In this document: positions 1 through 8,166 of the stretch, one piece after another | How the letters are laid out: every line of letters begins with the position of its first letter | How positions within the stretch are numbered: position 1 is the first letter of the stretch | Assembly (NCBI GenBank): GCA_963678765.2 | Contig: CAXXVM010000001.1 | Location: 179,165 to 243,164, forward strand | Direction of reading: 5' to 3' | DNA length: 64,000 nt | Origin: Sphaerochaetaceae bacterium | GTDB taxonomy: Bacteria; Spirochaetota; Spirochaetia; Sphaerochaetales; Sphaerochaetaceae | Translations under genes and position numbers: made by a program | The notes under the pieces: generated by a model | The model's database searches: none | The model's input: the letters and a program-made list of their open reading frames with translations, nothing else | Told to the model about the DNA's origin: nothing

Positions 1-25
1 ATGTGGAGGCTTCTTTGTTATATTA

Positions 26-562
26 TTATTTTAAAAATTCAAAGGTCTCAATGGGAGCAAATTTCAATTTTCTAAGAGAAGAATATTCTTCTCCCATTTT
101 AGATTCAATTGTCATTTGGTATTTATTTTTAGCACTCATTCTGCTTCCAGTAATACCTAAAGAGGCCCAACTTATAACCATATCAAGTTCAATAACTAGA
201 AGATCCTCTGTTGATTCATCAAGTGCCCTAGCACTAAATGATTCAATATTATGATAATTATAGCGAGTGGTACGACTAATACTATCAATCCAACTAATAG
301 CTTTTTCTCTATCATTGATGGTGCCAATTTTAGCAGTTGTAATAGTGAAATTATCATCTAGAATATTATAGAAATTTTCAATTGTGTGAGGAAGATCCTC
401 AACACTATATAACCAGTAATAGGCAAACTTCTTTCCTCTTTTATATACATAATCCTCATCTTCAATCGAAGGATTTTTTAAAATTTCTTTTAACTCAAAA
501 TAACTCTTTTTGTTATACTCAAGACCTTTTCTGAATGAATTACTACTATAATCAAATTCCAT
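26..562 (-). CDS. hypothetical protein (178 aa), no motif recognised
   Basis: Long ORF on the same strand as, and just downstream of, the RumA-like gene. No signal peptide, TM segment or catalytic motif that I can recognise. Confidence 0.45.
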   Translation of the reverse strand: MEFDYSSNSFRKGLEYNKKSYFELKEILKNPSIEDEDYVYKRGKKFAYYWLYSVEDLPHTIENFYNILDDNFTITTAKIGTINDREKAISWIDSISRTTRYNYHNIESFSARALDESTEDLLVIELDMVISWASLGITGSRMSAKNKYQMTIESKMGEEYSSLRKLKFAPIETFEFLK

Positions 563-626
563 AAATACTCTTATCTCCTTGCATTATAACTAGAATATAA
601 TAAATATTAATTAGAGAGGCCACTAA

Positions 627-660
627 ATAGCATATTATTGCTTTTAAAATAATATGCTAT
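627..660 (-). terminator. terminator-like hairpin after the RumA-like gene
   Basis: Perfect 13-bp inverted repeat ATAGCATATTATT / AATAATATGCTAT with an 8-nt loop. Only a weak T tract follows on the minus strand. Confidence 0.4.
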
Positions 661-666
661 TAATTA

Positions 667-1803
667 TTATTTATTCTTTTCTAAAATAACAACACTTTCC
701 ATATGATGAGTTTGAGGATAGAAGTCAAATAGTTTTACACTTTTAACAACATAGCCTTCTTCACTAAACTTTGATAAATCTCTAGATAGTGTAACAGGAT
801 TGCATGATACATAAATAATTTTAGAAGCATTAAAGCTACTAAGCATATGTGGAACATTTTCAAATAAACCAGTTCTAGGAGGATCAACTACAATAGTATC
901 AACACTATCTCTACGTCTCTTTCCCCAGTTCTCAACTTCACCTGTGAATGGGATACTGTTTGGTGCATTTATTTTACTAAAAGTTAAACAATCACTTTGT
1001 TTTTCAACAGAAATTGTTCCTTCTTTTAAAAATGCTGAGAAAGTACCAACACCACTATATAAATCCATAACAGAGCCTTCACCAACATTAGAGATTACAT
1101 ATTCTAATAGTTTTTCAAGCATCTTTGGATTTGATTGGAAGAACACATTTGCATTTACAACATATTTATGATTGTTAATACTAATGTTCACCTTATTTTT
1201 ACCATAGGTTATTCTCTCATCACCGGCAAATGTAGAAACTTCAATATATTTACCCTTTCCTCTTCTATTAAACATATTATCGCGTGCTGCTTTTAATATA
1301 TTTACAGGATTAGCTAATTCATAGTTTAGTGCATCTACTAGAATTGGACAGTGATTAATCTCAATCAATTCTTTTGAACCGGCTCTTAAGAAACCAACTC
1401 TTTTTTTATTTAAATCAACATGGAATCTAACTCTATTTCTATAGCCAAATTCTCTATCAGTTGATGGTTCTTCAATCTTAATAGTAGACAAATCTAATTT
1501 ACCAAATCTCTCAAGGTGGTCCATTAATATTTCTTGCTTACTCTTAACTTGTTCAGAAATTTCTAAGTGCTGTAAATCACAGCCACCGCACTCTCCATAA
1601 AATGGGCATCTAGGCTCCACTCTATGAATACTAGCGCTTACAATGTTATCTAAATGAGCTTTAGAATGAGATTTACTATCTTTAACGATACTAATTTCTA
1701 CAACTTCACCTTTTAATGCACCAGGTACAAAGACAGCCTTATTATTATCTAATCTACCAAGGCCATCTCCACCCTGTACTAATGTATCAATCTTAATTTG
1801 CAT
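667..1803 (-). CDS. 23S rRNA (uracil-5-)-methyltransferase, RumA/RlmD family
   Basis: N-terminal TRAM-like segment, Fe-S Cys motif CPFYGECGGCDLQH, and SAM-MTase motifs VVDPPRTG and YVSCNP. Confidence 0.85.
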   Translation of the reverse strand: MQIKIDTLVQGGDGLGRLDNNKAVFVPGALKGEVVEISIVKDSKSHSKAHLDNIVSASIHRVEPRCPFYGECGGCDLQHLEISEQVKSKQEILMDHLERFGKLDLSTIKIEEPSTDREFGYRNRVRFHVDLNKKRVGFLRAGSKELIEINHCPILVDALNYELANPVNILKAARDNMFNRRGKGKYIEVSTFAGDERITYGKNKVNISINNHKYVVNANVFFQSNPKMLEKLLEYVISNVGEGSVMDLYSGVGTFSAFLKEGTISVEKQSDCLTFSKINAPNSIPFTGEVENWGKRRRDSVDTIVVDPPRTGLFENVPHMLSSFNASKIIYVSCNPVTLSRDLSKFSEEGYVVKSVKLFDFYPQTHHMESVVILEKNK

Positions 1804-3547
1804 TTACAAATTCCTCTACATATAAACTAACAGTATCAAGGGCTGATTGCCAGAATGATGAGGATGCAATATCACATGATATAGTTGCAGCAACATCTCT
1901 TGCACTGTTAGAGCCTGTAAGTGATAATAGTTCTCTATACTTAGTAGCAAAACTATCACCCATTTTATCTTTTTGAGAGTAAACACCAAGTGCAAATAAT
2001 TGTCCAAATGCATATGGATAGTTGTAGAATGATAAATCAGGAATATAGTAGTGACCTTTAACAGCCCACATTAGTGGATGATATTCACTTAGTTCACCAT
2101 AGGTTTTAATCTGTGATTCAATCATGATTTCATTGAATTCATCTGGTGTTAACTCACATTCAGCTCTTCTTTTATAAACTTCAGTTTCAAAATAATATCT
2201 ACAAAGAATATCAACACATACTTGAGTTGTATCTTGTAAGAATGTTTCAGTTAATGAAACCTTTTCATCTACAGTTGCCTCTTCTAGTGCACCTTGTAGT
2301 ACAATTGTTTCACTAAAAATAGAAGCTGTTTCTGCAAGTGTCATTGGATAAGATCTTAGTAATTGAGATAGAGGAAGTACAATACTATCGTGGTATGCAT
2401 GACCTAATTCATGAGCAAGTGTTGATAGACCATTGTATGTTCCATCAAAATTACACATAACTCTAGAAACACCAGCATCAGGGAATGCCGTATCATAGGC
2501 TCCGCCAATCTTACCAGAACGAGGTTCCGCATCAATCCAATTATTATCAAATGCATTTTTAGCAAAAGCACTCATTTTAGGTGAGAAAGAATTAAATTGT
2601 TTTAATATAAAATCTTTTGCCTCATCATAGCTATATTCTTTTGGAGTACTGCTAATCGGTGCAAAGATATCATAAAATGCTAGATTATCTAGATTCAATT
2701 TTTTGGCTTTAGCTTTTAGATATTTTCTAAACATTGGTAAATTCTTTTCAATTGTAGAAATTAGTGCATCTAAAACTTCTTTATCAATTCTTGATTGAGT
2801 TAGTGAGTTTTCTAAAGGAGTTAAGCCTCTCTCTTTATCAAGAGTAAGGGTAGCACCTTTAACACCATTAAGAGCTGCAGCGTAGGCTACTTTATTGTTA
2901 CTTAATACTTCAAGTTCTTTTTCAAAAGCTTCTTTCCTTACAGTTCTATCTGATGAATAAGCATAGCTTCTTAAATCAGTAACTGTTTTCTTCTCACCCT
3001 TATAATCAACTGTACAACTACTTGCAAGAGATTCTTGTAGGCGAGAGAATGATTCAATTCCAGATCTATTTAAGTCTGCTGCAAGAGATTCTTTTTCAAC
3101 ACTCATTAGGTGTTTATTCTTTTCAAGCATTTCATTTAATACATATGCATAGGCTTCTTTTTCAGCACCACTTTTTGTAATTTCTTTAACACTCTCTTCA
3201 TTGCTACCCAAGTAATTTAATAGTGATACTTCACATTTACTTACACTTAGAGATAGTTTTGATACTTGATTAACTGCCTTTAAACATTTTGGGTTTTCAG
3301 TATCAACTGATAATATAGCATAAGAGTATGCATTAAGAGTCTCATAGGTATCTAGGATAATTTCCCATTCATCAATTATTTCTATTAAGCTTTTAGTATT
3401 ATTCACTATAAATAATTCAACTTCTTCACATTTCTTTTTTGTATCTTCAATTGCACCTAAAAACTTAGGACTATCTGCTCCTGGGTAAATTTCAGTTAAG
3501 TCCCAATGAGGTAAATTTTTTTTATTTTCTGCCATATTTTTCTCCAT
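1793..3547 (-). CDS. pepF: oligoendopeptidase F (M3B zinc metallopeptidase)
   Basis: 584 aa with zinc motif HELGHAYH. Overall PepF-like layout. Overlaps the downstream gene by 11 nt. Confidence 0.85.
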   Translation of the reverse strand: MEKNMAENKKNLPHWDLTEIYPGADSPKFLGAIEDTKKKCEEVELFIVNNTKSLIEIIDEWEIILDTYETLNAYSYAILSVDTENPKCLKAVNQVSKLSLSVSKCEVSLLNYLGSNEESVKEITKSGAEKEAYAYVLNEMLEKNKHLMSVEKESLAADLNRSGIESFSRLQESLASSCTVDYKGEKKTVTDLRSYAYSSDRTVRKEAFEKELEVLSNNKVAYAAALNGVKGATLTLDKERGLTPLENSLTQSRIDKEVLDALISTIEKNLPMFRKYLKAKAKKLNLDNLAFYDIFAPISSTPKEYSYDEAKDFILKQFNSFSPKMSAFAKNAFDNNWIDAEPRSGKIGGAYDTAFPDAGVSRVMCNFDGTYNGLSTLAHELGHAYHDSIVLPLSQLLRSYPMTLAETASIFSETIVLQGALEEATVDEKVSLTETFLQDTTQVCVDILCRYYFETEVYKRRAECELTPDEFNEIMIESQIKTYGELSEYHPLMWAVKGHYYIPDLSFYNYPYAFGQLFALGVYSQKDKMGDSFATKYRELLSLTGSNSARDVAATISCDIASSSFWQSALDTVSLYVEEFVNAN

Positions 3548-3549
3548 CT

Positions 3550-3574
3550 TAAAAGAGACACCTTAGAGTGTCCC
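3550..3574 (-). terminator. intrinsic terminator between the response regulator and pepF
   Basis: On the minus strand, GGGACACT-CTAA-GGTGTCTC hairpin (8 bp, two G-U pairs) followed by TTTT. Confidence 0.5.
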
Positions 3575-3593
3575 TAATTAAATTAAGTATTTT

Positions 3594-4955
3594 CTATTTG
3601 CCTTTTTTAAATTCATCAATATCATATTCACTGATTTTATTTAAAAGAGTTCTTCTACTAATACCAAGTTCTTTAGAGGCTTTTGTCTTATTACCACTCC
3701 ATCTATGAAGTGATTCTATAATCTTTTCTCTCTCTACTTCTTTTAGACTTTTTACTTCAAGTGTAGTCGATATACTTTTCTCTTGTAATTGGTGAGGAAG
3801 ACCAACATTATCATCAAGACTAATATCATCTTCTCTAATCAAATTATCATCTGCAAAAAGGATTGCTCTCTCAATTATATTTTCTAGCTCTCTAACATTA
3901 CCATAGTAGAAACCACTTTTTAGTTTTTCAATTGCATTAGGAGAGAATCCTGTAATATTATCATTTCCCATTTGACTCTTTAGTCTTTTTAAAATAGCCG
4001 CAGCTAATAGTGGAATATCTTCTTTTCTCTCTCTTAATGGTGGGATTCTAATTCTTAATACATTTAGTCTAAAGTATAAATCCTCACGGAATGTACCCTT
4101 TCTAACCATATCCTCTAAATCTTTATTTGTAGCTGCGATAATTCGAACATCAATTGGTCGTTTAATTGTATCACCAAGTCTTTGAACTTCTCTATCATTG
4201 ATTACTGTTAATAATTTAACCTGTAAATCAAGAGGTAGATCCCCTAGTTCATCAAGGAATAGAGTTCCGCCATTTGCAACTTCAAATAAACCTAGTTTAC
4301 GATTGATAGCACCTGTATAAGCACCCTTTTCATGACCAAATAATTCTGATTCTATTAGGGAGGCAGGTACACCACCAATATTTATCGATTGAAATGGACC
4401 AGAATCTCCAAAAGATTGTCGGTGTATTTCTTTTGCAATAACACCTTTACCAGTACCACTTTCACCTGTAATAAGAATACTTGATTTTGTTTTTGCACAT
4501 CTTGCAATTGTCTTTTTTATTTCTTTCATCTTTGGATCAATTCCAATAAATGAAGAATTCTCAAAAGCTAAATCATTATCAACCATCTTACTAACTTTAT
4601 AGGCCTCAACCATCTTAGTTAGCTTTTCAACTAGTTCAACTGGATTGAATGGTTTAACAATATAATCATCAACACCATCTTTAAGAGCTGATACTGCATC
4701 ACTTATTTCACCATGAGCACTAACCATAATTACGGGATTGTCGATATTTTGTTCTTTCATCCATCTAATTAGTGTTAGTCCATCCATACCAGGCATTTTT
4801 AAATCAACTACCATGGCATCATATTTATTTTCACAGAGCATTCTCTGTGCCGCCAATCCATTTTCGGCACATTCGCTATCTATTTCGCACACAGCAAAAA
4901 ATTGACTTAGCGAGTCTCTTATATTTATTTCATCATCAACTATTAATACTTTCAC
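3594..4955 (-). CDS. sigma-54-dependent response regulator (NtrC family enhancer-binding protein)
   Basis: Receiver domain ([16 protein letters not shown]). AAA+ core with Walker A GESGTGKG, Walker [10 protein letters not shown] and a GAYTGA variant of the GAFTGA sigma-54 contact loop. C-terminal Fis-type HTH ([13 protein letters not shown]). I prefer the GTG start at 4955, which is preceded by GGGAG. The ATG at 4991 would overlap the kinase gene by 20 nt. Confidence 0.85.
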   Translation of the reverse strand: MKVLIVDDEINIRDSLSQFFAVCEIDSECAENGLAAQRMLCENKYDAMVVDLKMPGMDGLTLIRWMKEQNIDNPVIMVSAHGEISDAVSALKDGVDDYIVKPFNPVELVEKLTKMVEAYKVSKMVDNDLAFENSSFIGIDPKMKEIKKTIARCAKTKSSILITGESGTGKGVIAKEIHRQSFGDSGPFQSINIGGVPASLIESELFGHEKGAYTGAINRKLGLFEVANGGTLFLDELGDLPLDLQVKLLTVINDREVQRLGDTIKRPIDVRIIAATNKDLEDMVRKGTFREDLYFRLNVLRIRIPPLRERKEDIPLLAAAILKRLKSQMGNDNITGFSPNAIEKLKSGFYYGNVRELENIIERAILFADDNLIREDDISLDDNVGLPHQLQEKSISTTLEVKSLKEVEREKIIESLHRWSGNKTKASKELGISRRTLLNKISEYDIDEFKKGK

Positions 4956-4971
4956 CCTTGTTCTCCCGAGA

Positions 4972-6273
4972 TTAATTATATTTCGTTGCAATCGGTAAAA
5001 TTACCTCAGCAACAGTTCCCCCACCTTCTCTTGGATATAGTATGATACTACCATTTCTTGCACTGATAAATTGCCTAGAAATAGATAAACCAATACCACT
5101 ACCTGTGTTCTTAGTAGTGTAGAAGGGATTGTAAATTTTGTCTTTTGCGCCTTTAGGAAGGCCAATACCTCTATCTTTAACTTCTATCTTAACAGTTTTA
5201 GGCTTACCGCCTCTACTTATCAAAACTTCTACTTGTGGATTTTCTCCAGATTCTATCGCATTTTTTATTAAATTTTCAAAAACAGACCTTGCTCTATCTC
5301 TATCAAATGAAATACTAAAGTCATTATCCATGTATAATTGTACATCAACATTGAATTTTGAAATTAAATCAATAAAGAAAGGTTTCAAATCTATCTTAAC
5401 AGGTACTCCAGTTGGATTATATAAGAATTCACTTACTTTATCAGTAAGTACTTTAACTCTATCCATTTCTGATTGTATTACTTCAAGATTCGATTTGTAT
5501 TTTGGATCAACTTTCATCCTAAGTATTGCTAATTGTATATTAACACTACTTAGAGGATTTTTTATCTCATGTGTAAGAGTTCTAGCCGCTTGTCCTAGGT
5601 TAACAAGACTCCTCTGTTTTTCTAAAGTATCGCGATAACCTCTATTATTATTGTAAATGTGATAAACAAAAATAAAGGCAGCAGAAAGAGCTAAGAATGC
5701 AAGTATCATAGAAACATTTAAAGTTACTATTGTACTATGATATGCCTCTCCATCTAATTCGATGTAAAGCACATCAGGGAATGTCATCGTAGTATTTGTA
5801 AAACTCTCTAAATTAATTGTTGTATCATCTATGATATCCCATAATAGTGATAACCGGTTTATGTATCTTACATAAACTACAGTTCCATTATCTTTATCAT
5901 AGGTGGCAACACCAGAGCTCTCAACATTATCCCAACCATTCATTGAAACATATTGAGATGGCAACAATTTTGGAGCCTTACCAAGCATCAATTCGTTTTT
6001 TCCAAGATTTGAATAAACACCAACCCCAATAATTCCATTCTTCTCTAATTCATTATTAGCTCGAACAGGATCATCTTGAAGATGAAAAAATATTGTATTA
6101 AATGATTTCTCAGCTTCAGTTTGTAGTTTTAAATCTTCTCTTTCTCGTAGTGCGTTAAATAAAAACATTAACATAATTACAAGAACAGCGTAGGCAATAA
6201 CTAAGCCACCAACAACAAAAAACTTTTCTCTGCTTGCCTCTGTATTTAGATGTTCTTTTTTAGACTTCATCAA
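4972..6273 (-). CDS. membrane sensor histidine kinase
   Basis: Two TM segments flank a periplasmic region of about 150 aa. H-box HEIKNPLSS, N-box NLIKNAIES, G-boxes DRGIGL and GSGIGLSI. Confidence 0.8.
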   Translation of the reverse strand: MMKSKKEHLNTEASREKFFVVGGLVIAYAVLVIMLMFLFNALREREDLKLQTEAEKSFNTIFFHLQDDPVRANNELEKNGIIGVGVYSNLGKNELMLGKAPKLLPSQYVSMNGWDNVESSGVATYDKDNGTVVYVRYINRLSLLWDIIDDTTINLESFTNTTMTFPDVLYIELDGEAYHSTIVTLNVSMILAFLALSAAFIFVYHIYNNNRGYRDTLEKQRSLVNLGQAARTLTHEIKNPLSSVNIQLAILRMKVDPKYKSNLEVIQSEMDRVKVLTDKVSEFLYNPTGVPVKIDLKPFFIDLISKFNVDVQLYMDNDFSISFDRDRARSVFENLIKNAIESGENPQVEVLISRGGKPKTVKIEVKDRGIGLPKGAKDKIYNPFYTTKNTGSGIGLSISRQFISARNGSIILYPREGGGTVAEVILPIATKYN

Positions 6274-6279
6274 TTCCTC

Positions 6280-7470
6280 TTATTCGTAATTTAATGCCTC
6301 AATTGGATCTAGTTTTGATGCAGTCTTTGCAGGATACCATCCAAAGAATATTCCAACAAACATAGAAAAACCAACTGCAATAGCAAAGGATGTATAGGAT
6401 AGTTTTAGGCTCCATCCTGCAATGTTTGTAACAGCATAGCTTAATCCAGAACCAAATATTATACCAATTATCCCACCAACTAGAGTTAGAGTAATAGCTT
6501 CTACTAAAAACTGTCCTCTAATTACAGATGGAGATGCACCAAGGGCTTTTCTTATTCCAATTTCTTTTGTTCTTTCAGCAACGGATACTAACATAATATT
6601 CATTATTCCGATACCACCTACTAAAAGAGAAATACCAGCAATTGCAGCTAAGAATAAACTAAGTGTTCCTGTAACTTGAGATGCAATATTAGCAATCATT
6701 GCAGGTGAGAATGTTCTATATCCATCACGACCAACAATTGAATCTAAGAAATTATTTATTTGATCTCCAACTTTTACAGTATCATAACCCTCTTTCAACT
6801 TAATAATATATGTTGAAACTGAGGATATCTTATATATCTTTCTTGTGAAAGTATTAAAGGGAATAAAAGCTGAATCATTATAACTCATTGTATAGGATTG
6901 TTCTTTCTCATCTAATACACCAATAACTTCAAAGGTTGTCATTTTCCCTTGATCGCCTGTAAGAAGAGTTACATTTTTACCTACAGCAGAGCCTTCAGGA
7001 AAAAGTTTTTCAGCAAGAGATGAACCAAGTACAACAACTTGATTTGCATCAATATTTGCTTGAGAGCTAAAGCCTTTACCATCACTGTATGTTAGTTTTT
7101 GAGTACTAAAATATGTAGATTCAACACCTAAATAACTAGTAGAGGTTGACTCCTCAGTTGATTTAAATCGTCCTTGAGAACTCATTACAGGAATTATATA
7201 ATCTATTCCTTCATTTGAATCTATCAATGTCTGAGAAAACTGTATATTAAATATATCTTGAGTTCTTTCATTTGGACGTGGATAAACTGATATAATATCA
7301 GAGCCACCTTGAGCTAGACTACCTGTAATATTTTCAGTAGCACTTGCTCCCAAATTTAAAATAGCTACAACAGCTCCAACACCAATAATAATACCTAGAA
7401 GAGACAAAGCTGTTCTAAGTTTGCTATTTCTCATTGCTTCAAGAGCAAGTTTTATATTTTCCCAAAACAT
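6280..7470 (-). CDS. MacB-type ABC transporter permease (FtsX family with periplasmic domain)
   Basis: N-terminal TM, a large extracytoplasmic domain, then three C-terminal TMs with the FtsX signature region RTKEIGIRKALGA. Confidence 0.8.
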   Translation of the reverse strand: MFWENIKLALEAMRNSKLRTALSLLGIIIGVGAVVAILNLGASATENITGSLAQGGSDIISVYPRPNERTQDIFNIQFSQTLIDSNEGIDYIIPVMSSQGRFKSTEESTSTSYLGVESTYFSTQKLTYSDGKGFSSQANIDANQVVVLGSSLAEKLFPEGSAVGKNVTLLTGDQGKMTTFEVIGVLDEKEQSYTMSYNDSAFIPFNTFTRKIYKISSVSTYIIKLKEGYDTVKVGDQINNFLDSIVGRDGYRTFSPAMIANIASQVTGTLSLFLAAIAGISLLVGGIGIMNIMLVSVAERTKEIGIRKALGASPSVIRGQFLVEAITLTLVGGIIGIIFGSGLSYAVTNIAGWSLKLSYTSFAIAVGFSMFVGIFFGWYPAKTASKLDPIEALNYE

Positions 7471-8151
7471 CTATGAAGCCCCCACTATTCTTCCATCTCT
7501 TAAATGGATTTGACGTCGACATCTATTACCGAGAGATAAATCATGAGTTACAAAGACAACAGTACGTCCTTGAGAATTAAGAGTTTCAAACAATTCCATT
7601 ATTTGATGACCTGTTCTAGTATCTAATGCACCAGTTGGTTCATCTGCTAATATAATTGAAGGATTTGATACAATAGCTCTTGCTATTGCTACTCTTTGCT
7701 TCTGACCACCTGATAATTCATTTGGTCTATGCTTCATTCTATCTGCAAGCCCTACAACATCAAGGGCCTCCATTGCCATCTCACGTCTAACTTTCGGAGA
7801 TATTCCACCATAAAGAAGAGGTGTTTCAACATTCTTTAATGCAGATTGTTTTCCTAGTAAATTAAATTGTTGGAAAACAAACCCAACTTTTTTATTTCTA
7901 ATATAAGCAAGTTCTGTTTCATTCATACCACTAGTACTTTCACCATCAATTTTGATAGTGCCACTAGTTGCGGTATCAAGACAACCGATTAAATTCATCA
8001 TTGTACTTTTACCGCTACCAGATGGTCCCATTATGGATGTAAATTCACCCTCATTTATGTTTAATGAAACACCATCAAGGGCTTTAACAAAATAATCGCC
8101 TACTAAATAATATCTTTTAACATTATTTAAATATATAATACTTTTAGCCAT
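7471..8151 (-). CDS. ABC transporter ATP-binding protein (MacB/LolD type)
   Basis: Walker A GPSGSGKST, signature LSGGQKQR, Walker B ILADEPTGALD. Abuts the permease gene. Confidence 0.9.
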   Translation of the reverse strand: MAKSIIYLNNVKRYYLVGDYFVKALDGVSLNINEGEFTSIMGPSGSGKSTMMNLIGCLDTATSGTIKIDGESTSGMNETELAYIRNKKVGFVFQQFNLLGKQSALKNVETPLLYGGISPKVRREMAMEALDVVGLADRMKHRPNELSGGQKQRVAIARAIVSNPSIILADEPTGALDTRTGHQIMELFETLNSQGRTVVFVTHDLSLGNRCRRQIHLRDGRIVGAS

Positions 8152-8166
8152 TATTTATCCTTTAAA

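Noticed and set aside
5138-5638. 166-aa + strand ORF inside the histidine kinase gene. Similar antisense ORFs occur at 944-1171, 4772-4975, 5847-6032, 8393-8581, 30285-30593, 40921-41163, 43958-44218, 44496-44834, 49072-49311, 50265-50772, 59193-59672 and 62669-63118.
   Set aside because: They lie fully inside, and antisense or out of frame to, well-supported genes. Their low-complexity Ser/Leu/Ile-rich translations are typical of shadow ORFs in AT-rich DNA. They have no RBS or motif.
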